From Abditibacterium sp. (GTDB taxonomy: Bacteria > Armatimonadota > Abditibacteriia > Abditibacteriales > Abditibacteriaceae): 64,000 bases of DNA. The stretch covers positions 1,920,001 through 1,984,000 of the forward strand of contig OZ251992.1 in the NCBI GenBank assembly GCA_965246885.1. Direction: 5' to 3'. The notes below the pieces were generated by a model. The model had not been told where the DNA came from, made no database searches, and saw only the letters and a program-made list of their open reading frames with translations. Shown here piece by piece: positions 1-9,262 of the stretch (positions are counted from its first letter, which is position 1; every line of letters begins with the position of its first letter). The translations under genes and the position numbers were made by a program.

Positions 1-314
1 ACATCGGGCGCAATCTCCCCCATGCCCAGCGTCGAAAGCGGCGTTCCTTCGATGAACTGCAAGGCGAACGCGAGTCTGTCCACGCGCCCGACCAAGTGCG
101 GGATGCCGTGCGTGCCCCTCAGGTGCCGGAGCGCGCGCACTTCGCGCGCCACTAAAAACGGCGCCACAAAACGCCGGAAGTTCCCCGGCGCGGTTGCGAA
201 GTCCTTCACCGCGACTTGCTCGCCTTGCCACTCGACCAAGTACACGCTCGACTGATACCCCTTGCCGACGTGAATGGGCCGGATGATGCGCGACTGATAT
301 TGCTGACGGTTCAT
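1..314 (-). CDS. Kdo/RIO1-like (LPS kinase superfamily) protein kinase-fold protein, 3' part outside window
   Basis: Manual translation from ATG at 314: MNRQQYQSRIIRPIHVGKGYQSSVYLVEWQGEQVAVKDF...AREVRALRHLRG..IPHLVG; Gly-rich loop, VAVK lysine and alphaC Glu of kinase fold; directly downstream of lpxL. Confidence 0.65.
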   Translation of the reverse strand, partial: MNRQQYQSRIIRPIHVGKGYQSSVYLVEWQGEQVAVKDFATAPGNFRRFVAPFLVAREVRALRHLRGTHGIPHLVGRVDRLAFALQFIEGTPLSTLGMGEIAPD

Positions 315-321
315 GGGAGGC

Positions 322-1245
322 TCAACTCGGAAAGACCGCTCCATCGGCTTCGCGCCAGCGCCGATGCATCCACAGCCATTGATCTGGTTCGTGGCGAATG
401 ACCTTCTCTAATTCCCAAATTACCCGCCGGGTGCCGTCCAGAATGGCCGTTTCGCGGTCGGCGGATTTTGGCACGCACCAAGGCGGCGACACGCGCGCTT
501 CGATGCGGCCATCGGCCAGAAAGGGACGCCGTCGCACGCCGAACGCGGGCACGACTGCGGCGCCGGACAGCATCGCCAAGCGCGCCAACGCCGTCCAAAC
601 CCGCGTTGGTTGCCCAAAAAACGGCAGCAGCGCCCCCTCGATGCCCGCGTGCTGGTCGGGCAAAATGCCCACCGTCTCGTTGCGGCGCAAGACGGACAAA
701 CTGGCGCGGCCCGTGTCGTATTTGGAAATGACGTGGATACCCGCCGCTCGGCGCGACTCATCTATCTTGCCTTGCACCCCCGCATTGCTCGTGGGGCGCG
801 CGACCACCGACAACGGGAAATCCATCGCCGCCCGCGCGCCCATCAGTTCCCAGTTGCCCACGTGCGCCGTCAGCAAAACGGCGCCGCGCCCGCCATCGAG
901 CGCCGCCCACACGTTCTCCAAGCCGTTGATATACGCCCGTTCGCGGATTTCCGCTTCGGTTGCGCTGGGAAAACGCAAGAACTCGGCGAAGGTCATGCCG
1001 AAGTTGATGCACGCGCGCCGCGCCAACTGATGCGCCCGCGCGTGCGAGACACCCAAAGCGAGGCGGATGTTGCGCTCTGCGACGCCTTGGCGCTTGCCAA
1101 CAGCGGCGAACATCAGCATCCCCAGCCAACTGCCGACATAGCGGCAACCGTCGAAACTCATCGTTTGGCACGCGCGCCCCACGCCGCTCATAGCGAGCGA
1201 TTCCAGCAGCGACCGCGCGCCGATTTCCCGTTGTTCTTCTCTCAT
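322..1245 (-). CDS. lpxL: Lipid A late acyltransferase (LpxL/HtrB family)
   Basis: TAHVGNWE acyltransferase motif, ILPDQH, PDQWLWMHRRW C-terminus; start re-picked at ATG 1245. Confidence 0.85.
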   Translation of the reverse strand: MREEQREIGARSLLESLAMSGVGRACQTMSFDGCRYVGSWLGMLMFAAVGKRQGVAERNIRLALGVSHARAHQLARRACINFGMTFAEFLRFPSATEAEIRERAYINGLENVWAALDGGRGAVLLTAHVGNWELMGARAAMDFPLSVVARPTSNAGVQGKIDESRRAAGIHVISKYDTGRASLSVLRRNETVGILPDQHAGIEGALLPFFGQPTRVWTALARLAMLSGAAVVPAFGVRRRPFLADGRIEARVSPPWCVPKSADRETAILDGTRRVIWELEKVIRHEPDQWLWMHRRWREADGAVFPS

Positions 1246-1339
1246 AAATGATGCGCAATCCATCAGTTTGACGAACCCGGCCCCTTTGTTGGGTTTTTGC
1301 GCCGTGTCCCGTCTCCCCAAACACAGCCAGAGCGAAGCG

Positions 1340-1475
1340 AAGAATTAGGCGCGCGCGTGGAAGAATTAGGCGCGCCGTCCGTCCGCCCATGCACGCCACT
1401 GAAAAACAAAGTCGCGCCAAGCGACCGCCCCTGCGCGCCGCCCCGATAATTAATTAACTAACGCGCGAATTAACT
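1340..1475. repeat. Degenerate 21-bp-period repeat (AAGAATTAGGCGCGC twice, then AATTAACTAAC), same family as 52831-52976 on the opposite strand
   Basis: AAGAATTAGGCGCGC at 1340-1354 and 1361-1375; its reverse complement GCGCGCCTAATTCTT is at 52845-52859. Confidence 0.7.
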
Positions 1476-1527
1476 GCGCCGCCGCTTCGCCGGGGCGGGC
1501 ACTTCCTTCCCCCACACGATTTTTCGG

Positions 1528-2541
1528 TTAAACGAGCGACTTCAACATCAGCCGCAGCAGTTCGTCTTCTCCCGCGCGCAAGCGCAACCCGATGCGCAGG
1601 CTCAGGAGCGGCCCAGTAAACCAGTTCGGGTCGCACTTGACGGCATCTTTTTCCGTCGTGACGAAGGTCTGCCCGCCCCCGTGCCCACTCGTCCACCCCC
1701 AGAAGTCGCACTCTTTCCAACGGTGGTGGTCGCCGCGCTCGCGCATGGGCGTGTCCACATCGCCCCCCGTGAGCTCGCGCACCATCCGGTGAAACTGCGC
1801 GTTGTCGGCTAACCCCGCAAACGCACGGACGGACTGCCCTTGGAAAGCCGTGAGGGGCAAAAGGGCGCCGCTTCGTTCGTCGCGCCAATCGAGGGGCGCG
1901 TGAAACGCCTCGAAGAGTGGCGCTCCCGTCCAATTGCCGACCTCGCGCCGCGCGGCTTCCAACTCGGTGGAAGAAGCGCGGTCGGCGCGGGTCAATAAAA
2001 TGGCATCGGCGCGCGACAGGGCGGCGCGCTCCTCGCGCAAACGTCCCATCGGCAGCAAGCGCCCGTTGCCAAAGGGCCGTTTGGCGTCGAGCAGAACCAA
2101 GTCGAAGGCGCGCGGCAAGCTCCAGAACTGGAAGCCGTCATCCAAGACGACCACCTGCGCGCCGGAGCGCGCGCACAACTCGACGGCCCGGTGCCGGTCT
2201 TTGGCGATGGCAACGGCGCACCCCGGCAAGTTGCGCGCGTGCAAAGCGGCCTCGTCGCCCGCGCTTCGGGCATCCAATAACACGCTCTTTCCATCGGCCA
2301 CAAGCGCGCCTTCCATACACCTGCCCCCGCCGACGCCGCGCCCCGCGACGCCGACCTTATAACCGCGACTTTGCAGGGCGCGCGCGAGCCACTGGACTGT
2401 CGGCGTTTTGCCCGTCCCGCCCGTCGTGAGGTTGCCGATGCTAACGACCGGGTAGGGCACCTCGGTGACGCGGGCGCGTTCGAGGTTGCGGGCGCGGCGG
2501 CGGTTCATCGCGCGGAAGTAGCACCATTCGAGGGGGAGCAT
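1528..2541 (-). CDS. lpxK: Tetraacyldisaccharide 4'-kinase
   Basis: VVSIGNLTTGGTGKTP, GDEA, LDDGFQ, LLPMGRLRE, TTEKDAVK motifs; start uncertain (ORF runs to 2622 but that lies inside a palindrome). Confidence 0.92.
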   Translation of the reverse strand: MLPLEWCYFRAMNRRRARNLERARVTEVPYPVVSIGNLTTGGTGKTPTVQWLARALQSRGYKVGVAGRGVGGGRCMEGALVADGKSVLLDARSAGDEAALHARNLPGCAVAIAKDRHRAVELCARSGAQVVVLDDGFQFWSLPRAFDLVLLDAKRPFGNGRLLPMGRLREERAALSRADAILLTRADRASSTELEAARREVGNWTGAPLFEAFHAPLDWRDERSGALLPLTAFQGQSVRAFAGLADNAQFHRMVRELTGGDVDTPMRERGDHHRWKECDFWGWTSGHGGGQTFVTTEKDAVKCDPNWFTGPLLSLRIGLRLRAGEDELLRLMLKSLV

Positions 2542-2612
2542 AAGGAAAACTTTGGGACGGGGACTGGCATCCAACCACCAAAGTGGCCGGGCGCTACAGA
2601 GGATGTCAAAAG

Positions 2613-2748
2613 AGCCGCGCATTGTGATTCCGAGGGGAGCCGAAGCGACCAGAGGAATTTACTCGCGCCTCTCGTCAGCACCAAACGGGCGACTGGAACA
2701 AGATTTCTCTGGTCGCTTCGGCTCCCCTCGGAATGACAATGCGCGGCT
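2613..2748. repeat. Long inverted repeat / MITE-like palindrome, 48-bp arms, 40-nt loop
   Basis: 2613-2660 AGCCGCGCATTGTGATTCCGAGGGGAGCCGAAGCGACCAGAGGAATTT pairs with 2701-2748 with 3 mismatches; GTCATTCCGAG...AGATTTCTC style ends. Confidence 0.85.
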
Positions 2749-2768
2749 AATGTGGCCTATTTCCAACT

Positions 2769-4058
2769 CTATATACGCTTTACAAACTCCACTGCCCCCG
2801 CCACCTCCCGCGCCATGCGCGTCGCCGCGCCTTGATGGGGCGCCAGCACCCCCGCAACGCGCGCGACATACCCCGCTTTGGGCCGCGCCAGCCACGCGGC
2901 CAAGGTGTCCGCCAATGCGTCGGGCGTGGTTTGGGCGCCGAGGCCATTTGCCAAGATTAACTCCGCCGCCGCGCGGAAGTTGGCCACGCTTGGGCCGAAC
3001 ACGACGGGGGCGCCGCGCAGGACGGGTTCGAGCAGATTGTGCCCGCCGCGTTCGATGAGGGTGCCGCCCACAACCGCAACGTCGGCGGCGGCGTAGAAGT
3101 CGGCCAGTTCGCCGGTGGAATCAAGCAAATAAACGCTCGTAGCGTCGGGTGCGTCGTTCAAAGAACGACGCACCACGCGCCACCCGGCGCCCTGTATTTG
3201 GTCGGCGATGGCTGGGGCGCGGTCGAGGTGGCGCGGCACAAGGGCCAAACGGAGGGCCGGGTTCGTCTCGCGCAAGGACGTAAATGCGCGCAGAAGCATC
3301 TGTTCCTCGCCCTCGTGCGTGGAACCGGCCACGAGAAGCGGTTCAGTGGTGAGACCCAAGCGGTCGCGCCACAAGGCCCGTAACTCGGCGGACTGGACGG
3401 GGGGGGCTTCCAGCTTGATATCGCCCACGACGACGATCTTTTCGGGGGCGACGCCCAAGGCCCGTAAGCGCGCCGCGTCTGCTTCGCCGCGCATCAAGAA
3501 GCGCGCGACGTTGCCGCTCATCCAGCGCCACAACGGGCCAAGTTTGGGCGCGGTTTTCAAGAGGTTGTCGGACACGCGCCCATTGAGCAAGAAGGTGGGG
3601 ATGCCGCGCCGCGCCGCCATGTGGAGCAGGTTGGGCCAAAGCTCGGTTTCCACGAAGCCGATGGCGTCGGGCCGGATGGCGTTAAGGACGGGCGCGAGGA
3701 CGAACGGCACGTCCAAGGGGAAGCCGAACGCCAAATCTACCTCGCCGCTTCGTTCAAGCATTAGTCCCAACTCCCGCCCGGCGTCGGTGGTGTTGGAAAG
3801 CGCCAATCTTACGCCGGGGATTTCGTCGCGCAGCGCCCGCAAGATGGGCTTGGCCGCCATCGTTTCGCCGACCGACACAGCGTGTATCCATACCCTCGGC
3901 CCCGATGCGCGCCCGAACGCGCGCATTGCCGGAGTGACGCGCCCCCACTGTGCGGCAAAGGATGCCGCCGATTTCTTTTGCCCGTAGCGCCGGAACGCCG
4001 TCCACGCCCACAGTCCGGGCAGGAGTGGCGCGAGCAAGGCGTTGAAAAGCGGGAACAC
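2769..4058 (-). CDS. waaA: 3-deoxy-D-manno-octulosonic acid (Kdo) transferase
   Basis: WIHAVSVGE, ETELWPN, AGSTHEGEE, VPRH, GGHNLLEP motifs. Confidence 0.95.
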   Translation of the reverse strand: MFPLFNALLAPLLPGLWAWTAFRRYGQKKSAASFAAQWGRVTPAMRAFGRASGPRVWIHAVSVGETMAAKPILRALRDEIPGVRLALSNTTDAGRELGLMLERSGEVDLAFGFPLDVPFVLAPVLNAIRPDAIGFVETELWPNLLHMAARRGIPTFLLNGRVSDNLLKTAPKLGPLWRWMSGNVARFLMRGEADAARLRALGVAPEKIVVVGDIKLEAPPVQSAELRALWRDRLGLTTEPLLVAGSTHEGEEQMLLRAFTSLRETNPALRLALVPRHLDRAPAIADQIQGAGWRVVRRSLNDAPDATSVYLLDSTGELADFYAAADVAVVGGTLIERGGHNLLEPVLRGAPVVFGPSVANFRAAAELILANGLGAQTTPDALADTLAAWLARPKAGYVARVAGVLAPHQGAATRMAREVAGAVEFVKRI

Positions 4059-4077
4059 GGCGGGGAGTAGCTCCTCT

Positions 4078-5892
4078 TTACGCTTCGAGCGCGCGAGGCG
4101 GTTGGGCGTCCTCGCTGTCCGCGTCGTCCACCTCGGCGCGCTTGTTTTGGAAGGCTTGCATTTGGAACAAGCGCCAGTACTGGCCTTGGCGGGCCAGAAG
4201 TTGCGCGTGGGTGCCGGACTCGATGATGCGGCCTTGATCCATCACGAGGATGAGGTCGGCGTTCACGATGGTCGAGAAGCGGTGGGCGATGATAAGGGTG
4301 GTGCGGCCTCGCATCAGTTCGGCGAGGGCGTCCTGCACGAGGCCCTCGCTTTCGGCGTCGAGGGCGCTGGTGGCTTCATCGAGGATAAGCAGTTTCGGGT
4401 CGCGGAGCAGGGCGCGGGCGATGGCGAGGCGCTGCTTTTGGCCGCCGGAAAAGCCGTGCCCACGCTCGCCGACGGGGGAATCGTAGGAGCCGGGCAGAGT
4501 GCGGATGAACTCGTCGGCATGGGCGCGGCGCGCGGCCTCGACGACTTGCTCCAAGCTGGCCTTGTCGCTCCCATAGGCGATGTTGTCGCGCAGCGTCCCG
4601 TGAAAGAGGGTTGTCTCTTGCGGCACGGCGCCGATGAGGTCGCGCAGCGATTGGAGCGACACGTCGCGCAAATCGAGTCCGTCAAGGGTGATGCGCCCGC
4701 CGGTCGGGTCATACAAGCGGGGAAGCAAGGAAGCGATGGTGGTTTTGCCCGACCCCGATAACCCCGCGAGCGCGACGACTTGACCGGGCTTGATCTCGAA
4801 GGAGACGCCTTGCAGCACCTCGCGGTCGTCGCCGGGATAGGTGAAGCGCACGTCCTCGAAGCGCAGGTGTCCAGCGACGGGGCGCGCGGCGAGGTCAATA
4901 GCGCCGGGGGCGTCCACGACTTGCGGGCGCTCGTCGAAGAACTCGAAGATGCGCGCGGCGGCGGCATCGGCGGAACTCACCAGCAGGTTGAGCGAGGCGA
5001 CAGCCTTGGCGTTCATGGCGGTGCGGTGAATGGCGACCAGAAAGGTGATAAGCGCTGACGCCGCCATGCGGCCCGCAATGATGTCGCGCCCGCCGAACCA
5101 AAGCGCAATCACAATAGCGCTGACGCCGATCATCTCGATGAGCGGGGCAAGGGTGGACTGGATGCGGATTGGGTGCATCGTGGCGCGGTAGGTTTGCGTG
5201 TTGACCCGCTCGAACTGCGCGACCTCGTGGCGACCCGTGCCAAAGGTCTGGATGAGGCGCATGGCGGCGATTTTCTCTTGCAGGTAGTCGGTTAGGTCGG
5301 CGTTTTTGTTGGTGAGGTCGCGGACGGCGTCTTTAATCCGCCGCCCAGCGCGGGTAATGGCAAAGGAGATGGGCGGCAAAAGCACGACGACGAAGAGGGT
5401 GAGCCGCCAGTTGAAATACAGCATCAGCCCGACGGAAAACAGCAGGTCAATGGGCGCCGACACGAACGAGATGACGGCGGTGGTGAGAACAGTTTGGAGG
5501 GCGGCGATGTCGTTGGTGAGGCGGCTCATCACCTCGCCGGTGCGCTTGCGCTCGAAGAAGTTGATGGACAGACCCGACAAGTGGCCGAACAGCCCTTCGC
5601 GCAGCCGCGCGAGGATGCGTTGCCCGGTGCGCTGAAGGATGTAGATTTTGCCCGCGTCGGCGAGCAGGCGCGCAACGGCGACGAGCAAGATGACGCCGAC
5701 CATGAGATTCAACTGATGCAGCCGCGCGTCGGCGGGGAGGGTGCTGGCATTAAGAACGGGGCGCAAGACGCGGTCAATGAGATACAGCAGCAACCCGTTG
5801 AACAGCCCCGACAGCGCGGCGCACACGATGCCAAGCGTCAGGGCGGCGCGTTGCGCGGCGACAAAGGGCCACAAGCGTTTGAGGTTGTCCAT
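4078..5892 (-). CDS. msbA: Lipid A export ABC transporter permease/ATPase (MsbA-like)
   Basis: ABC TMD plus NBD (GLSGSGKTT, FSGGQKQR, LDEATSALD); first gene of lipid A operon; start re-picked at MDNLKRLW. Confidence 0.8.
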   Translation of the reverse strand: MDNLKRLWPFVAAQRAALTLGIVCAALSGLFNGLLLYLIDRVLRPVLNASTLPADARLHQLNLMVGVILLVAVARLLADAGKIYILQRTGQRILARLREGLFGHLSGLSINFFERKRTGEVMSRLTNDIAALQTVLTTAVISFVSAPIDLLFSVGLMLYFNWRLTLFVVVLLPPISFAITRAGRRIKDAVRDLTNKNADLTDYLQEKIAAMRLIQTFGTGRHEVAQFERVNTQTYRATMHPIRIQSTLAPLIEMIGVSAIVIALWFGGRDIIAGRMAASALITFLVAIHRTAMNAKAVASLNLLVSSADAAAARIFEFFDERPQVVDAPGAIDLAARPVAGHLRFEDVRFTYPGDDREVLQGVSFEIKPGQVVALAGLSGSGKTTIASLLPRLYDPTGGRITLDGLDLRDVSLQSLRDLIGAVPQETTLFHGTLRDNIAYGSDKASLEQVVEAARRAHADEFIRTLPGSYDSPVGERGHGFSGGQKQRLAIARALLRDPKLLILDEATSALDAESEGLVQDALAELMRGRTTLIIAHRFSTIVNADLILVMDQGRIIESGTHAQLLARQGQYWRLFQMQAFQNKRAEVDDADSEDAQPPRALEA

Positions 5893-5925
5893 GAAGTAGG
5901 GCACAGTTTGCCGCACACTGGGGCC

Positions 5926-6480
5926 GTGCCGATTTCTGTCCAGCCTGCGACGCCCGCCGACTTTCCCGACATCCTCGCCTTGCAAGACCGCAACCTCGTG
6001 TCCCGACTTGCGCCCGACGAGCGCGCCGATGGTTTTGTCACCACGCCCTTTACGCTTGAACTGATGGGCGAACTGCGCGGGAACGACCGCTTCTTCACCG
6101 CGCGCGACGACGCGAGCGGCGCCTTGGCGGGTTACGTCTTTATGGGAAGCTGGGCTTTTTGCGCGCGCTGGCCCGCGTTTCGCGTCGCCATCGCGCGCTT
6201 TCCCGTCGTGTTTGAAGGGCAAAGCGTCGGAGTTGAGGAGACGTTCCAATACGGCCCCGTGTGCGTGGCGAGCGAGTACCGGGGGATGGGCGTGTTGCCC
6301 CTCCTGTTCGGGGCGGTGTGCGCGCAAATGCGCCCGCGCTTTGCCGTCGGCACGACGTGGATTAATAAAGCCAACGGGCGCTCGATGCGCGCGCACACGG
6401 AAAAATTAGGATTGGTGCCGCTCGATGAGTTCACGCTCGGTGACGACCGCTTCGTGCTACTTGGCTTTGCGACGGGTTAA
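5926..6480 (+). CDS. GNAT family N-acetyltransferase
   Basis: QYGPVCVASEYRGMG acetyl-CoA motif, N..SMRAH..KLG; GTG start re-picked at 5926. Confidence 0.75.
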   Translation: MPISVQPATPADFPDILALQDRNLVSRLAPDERADGFVTTPFTLELMGELRGNDRFFTARDDASGALAGYVFMGSWAFCARWPAFRVAIARFPVVFEGQSVGVEETFQYGPVCVASEYRGMGVLPLLFGAVCAQMRPRFAVGTTWINKANGRSMRAHTEKLGLVPLDEFTLGDDRFVLLGFATG

Positions 6481-6489
6481 ACCAAGAGG

Positions 6490-7518
6490 ATGAACCTCTC
6501 GCAGCTTTTTATTCTCGGCCTGCCCGCCGACAACGACCTCGCCTTTGTCCGCGACTTCCGACCGGGCGGCGTCATTCTGATGGGCCGCAACGCGCGGCCC
6601 TTCGGGGAAGTGCAGGAGCTAACGGCGCAACTCCGCGCCGAACTGGAGCGCCCCATTGTCTCCACTGATCACGAGGGTGGGCGCGTGCAGCGATTGCGCG
6701 AGGGGTTCGAGGCGCTTCCACCCGCGCGCGAACTTGGCTCGTTTGGCAAAGGCTCCGTTTGGGAAACAGCCGCGCGTGTCGGGCGGCAACTGCGAAGGTC
6801 GGGCGTCAATCTCAACTTCGCGCCGGTGTGCGACGTGCCAATTCATCCGAACGACACAGTGATTGGGAGTCGCGCGTTTTCGGTAGGTTTTGAAGGCGCG
6901 GGCGTATGCGAGGCAGCATATATTGAAGGGTTGCAAGGTGCGGGAGTTGGCGCGTGCGCGAAGCATTTTCCCGGTCACGGCGGGGTGGGGGTGGATTCGC
7001 ACTTCGGGTTGCCCGCGTTCGCGGGCACGCGCGCCGAGTTGGAGCCGCACCTTGGCCCGTTCCGCGCGGCGATTGGAGTGGGGGTAAGCGCGGTTATGGT
7101 GGCGCATATCGAGGTGCCCACGCTCGACCCAAGCGGTAATCCGTCCAGTTTGTCGGCGCCGATAACAACGGATTTGCTGCGGGGAGAGTTGGGCTTTGCG
7201 GGCTTGGTGGTTTCGGACGACTTGGAAATGGGAGCGCTTGCGACGATTAGCGCGGGCGCGCTCGCGGTGCGCGCTTTGACGGCGGGGTGCGACGCGCTGC
7301 TGTTTTGCCACTCAAACGACAAGGCGACCGAGGCACGCGCGGCAATCGAGCGGGCCGTGACGCGCGGCGAATTGGACGCGGCGCGCATCGAGGAGGCCTT
7401 GGGGCATGTCCAAAGGTGGAAAGACCGCTTTGCCGCGTCTCCCTCTTTTCCTTCGCTTCCCGGCGACTTCAGTCGCCGGGAGACAGGGGAAGCATCCCCT
7501 CAACCCAATCTGCGTTAA
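6490..7518 (+). CDS. nagZ: Beta-N-acetylhexosaminidase (GH3)
   Basis: DHEGGRVQR, NFAPVCD, KHFPGHG...DSH, SDDLEM motifs. Confidence 0.9.
   Translation: MNLSQLFILGLPADNDLAFVRDFRPGGVILMGRNARPFGEVQELTAQLRAELERPIVSTDHEGGRVQRLREGFEALPPARELGSFGKGSVWETAARVGRQLRRSGVNLNFAPVCDVPIHPNDTVIGSRAFSVGFEGAGVCEAAYIEGLQGAGVGACAKHFPGHGGVGVDSHFGLPAFAGTRAELEPHLGPFRAAIGVGVSAVMVAHIEVPTLDPSGNPSSLSAPITTDLLRGELGFAGLVVSDDLEMGALATISAGALAVRALTAGCDALLFCHSNDKATEARAAIERAVTRGELDAARIEEALGHVQRWKDRFAASPSFPSLPGDFSRRETGEASPQPNLR
7458..7481. repeat. REP-like hairpin inside nagZ 3' end
   Basis: TCCCGGCGACT-TC-AGTCGCCGGGA; shares GCGACTTCAGTCGCCGGG with the transposase flanks. Confidence 0.7.
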
Positions 7519-7538
7519 ATTCTTACGCACCTTTTCTC

Positions 7539-8981
7539 ATGGACGAATCAGCAACTCTGCCACCCCTGCCGCTCAACCCGCAAGTCCGCTCGCCGCACAA
7601 CCCGCGCGTGCAAATGGCCAAACATCCGCTTCCCTTGCCGCCCCTCCCGATGGGTTGGGACGAAATCACCAAGATACTCCCGCACCGCTATCCGATGCTG
7701 CTTGTGGACAAGATTCTCGAAATCGAGGCCGGGCACCGCATCGTCGGCGCCAAGAACGTCACGGCGACCGAAGAGTTCTTTCTGGGCCACTTCCCCGGCT
7801 ATCCCATTATGCCCGGTGTCTTGATTCTTGAATCAATGGCGCAAATCGCGGGGGTTTTGATTCTCGTGACGCGCAACACTCCCGGCGCGCTGTCTTTCTT
7901 TGCAACCGTCGAGAAGGCGCGCTTTAAAAAGCCCGTCCGCCCCGGCGATACCATCGTCACCGAAGCGATTCTCGACGTGCTACGCGGCCCCGTCGCCAAA
8001 GCGACCGTGACGGGGCGCGTGGACGGCGAGGTCGTCGTCGAAGCGGAGTTCACCTTTTTCACGACCAGCGACTCCAACTCGCAAACCATCATCCGCACGG
8101 CGGGCGCGACTGCGCTCGCGGCGCCGTCCAACGGAACGGCTCCCGCGCCGCCCGTCGCCGCGCCCGCGCCTACCGAAACGGGCGTCAAGGCGCGCGTTCA
8201 TCCGACAGCCATCGTGCATCCCAAAGCGACGCTCGCGGCAGGCGTCGAGGTCGGCCCCTATTGCATCATCGAAGAAGACGTGATCCTCGGCGAGAACACG
8301 ACCCTCGAATCGCACATCGTCCTCAAACGCGGGGTGCAAATTGGGCGCAACTGCCGCGTGTTCCCGCACTGCGTCATCGGCCACGACCCGCAAGACGCCA
8401 AATATAAAGGCGAGCAGACGCGCGTCGTGATTGGCGACAACAACATTTTCCGCGAGATGGTGACGATCCACCGCGCGACGGGCGAGGGCGAAGCGACGGT
8501 GATTGGAAACAACAATATGTTCATGGCCTACGTTCACCTCGGCCATAACTGCATCGTCGGCGACAACAACATGATTTCCAACTCGACGGGCATTTCCGGC
8601 CACGTCACCATCGAAGACCGCGTCGTGATTGGCGGCTTCGTCGGGATTCACCAGTTCGTCCACATCGGCAAAATGGCGATGGTCGGCGGTTTGTCGAAAG
8701 TCGTCCAAGACGTGCCGCCCTTTTGCATGGCCGATGGGCGCCCCGCCGGGATTCGCGGCCTCAACACGCGCGGCTTGCGGCGCAACGGCATCACGAGCGA
8801 CGAGCGCAACCAAATCGGCACCGCCTTCAAACTTCTCTACCGCTCCGACCTCAACACCAGTCAAGCGATGGAGCGCATCCACGCCGAAATCCCGCCCAGC
8901 GTCCCGCTCGATTACATGACCAGCTTCATTGACCGCGTGCGCGAGGGACGCTTGGGAAGGCAGGACGAAAACCCGCTCTAA
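7539..8981 (+). CDS. fabZ-lpxA: Fused 3-hydroxyacyl-ACP dehydratase FabZ / UDP-GlcNAc acyltransferase LpxA
   Basis: N-half LPHRYPMLLVD...GHFPGYPIMPGVLILESMAQ (FabZ); Ala/Pro linker; C-half hexapeptide repeats, PQDAKYKGE, MAYVHLGHNC, HQFVHIG, DVPPF (LpxA); one uninterrupted frame. Confidence 0.92.
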   Translation: MDESATLPPLPLNPQVRSPHNPRVQMAKHPLPLPPLPMGWDEITKILPHRYPMLLVDKILEIEAGHRIVGAKNVTATEEFFLGHFPGYPIMPGVLILESMAQIAGVLILVTRNTPGALSFFATVEKARFKKPVRPGDTIVTEAILDVLRGPVAKATVTGRVDGEVVVEAEFTFFTTSDSNSQTIIRTAGATALAAPSNGTAPAPPVAAPAPTETGVKARVHPTAIVHPKATLAAGVEVGPYCIIEEDVILGENTTLESHIVLKRGVQIGRNCRVFPHCVIGHDPQDAKYKGEQTRVVIGDNNIFREMVTIHRATGEGEATVIGNNNMFMAYVHLGHNCIVGDNNMISNSTGISGHVTIEDRVVIGGFVGIHQFVHIGKMAMVGGLSKVVQDVPPFCMADGRPAGIRGLNTRGLRRNGITSDERNQIGTAFKLLYRSDLNTSQAMERIHAEIPPSVPLDYMTSFIDRVREGRLGRQDENPL

Positions 8982-8995
8982 AGGGCGTCAAGCTG

Positions 8996-9247
8996 CCGTC
9001 TCTTGGCTTCCAGAAACCGTTTCTGGAAGCCAAGAAAGAGTTCCGCGAGTTCCCGATGGAGTTCCGCGGCTTCCCGATGGAGTTCCGCGAGTTCGCGCCA
9101 GAGTTTCGGGAAGCCGCGCCAGAGTTTCTTGAGTTCGCGCCAGAGCCGCGCGAGTTCGCGCCAGAGCCGCGCGAGTTCGCGCCAGAGCCGCGCGAGTTCG
9201 CGCCAGAGCCGCGCGAGTTCGCGCCAGAGTCGCGCGAACGCCATTTC
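8996..9247. repeat. 21-bp tandem repeat array (~12 units; four identical GAGCCGCGCGAGTTCGCGCCA)
   Basis: Units in register at 9038, 9059, 9080, 9101, 9122, 9143, 9164, 9185, 9206, 9227, plus two degenerate units from 8996. Confidence 0.9.
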
Positions 9248-9262
9248 ACGCTCAACCGCCCC

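Noticed and set aside
5893..6396. Long N-terminal extension of msbA in the ORF track
   Set aside because: Overlaps the opposite-strand GNAT gene; ABC homology begins at MDNLKR
8996..9247. CRISPR interpretation of the 21-bp arrays
   Set aside because: Units are contiguous with no unique spacers and no cas genes in the window
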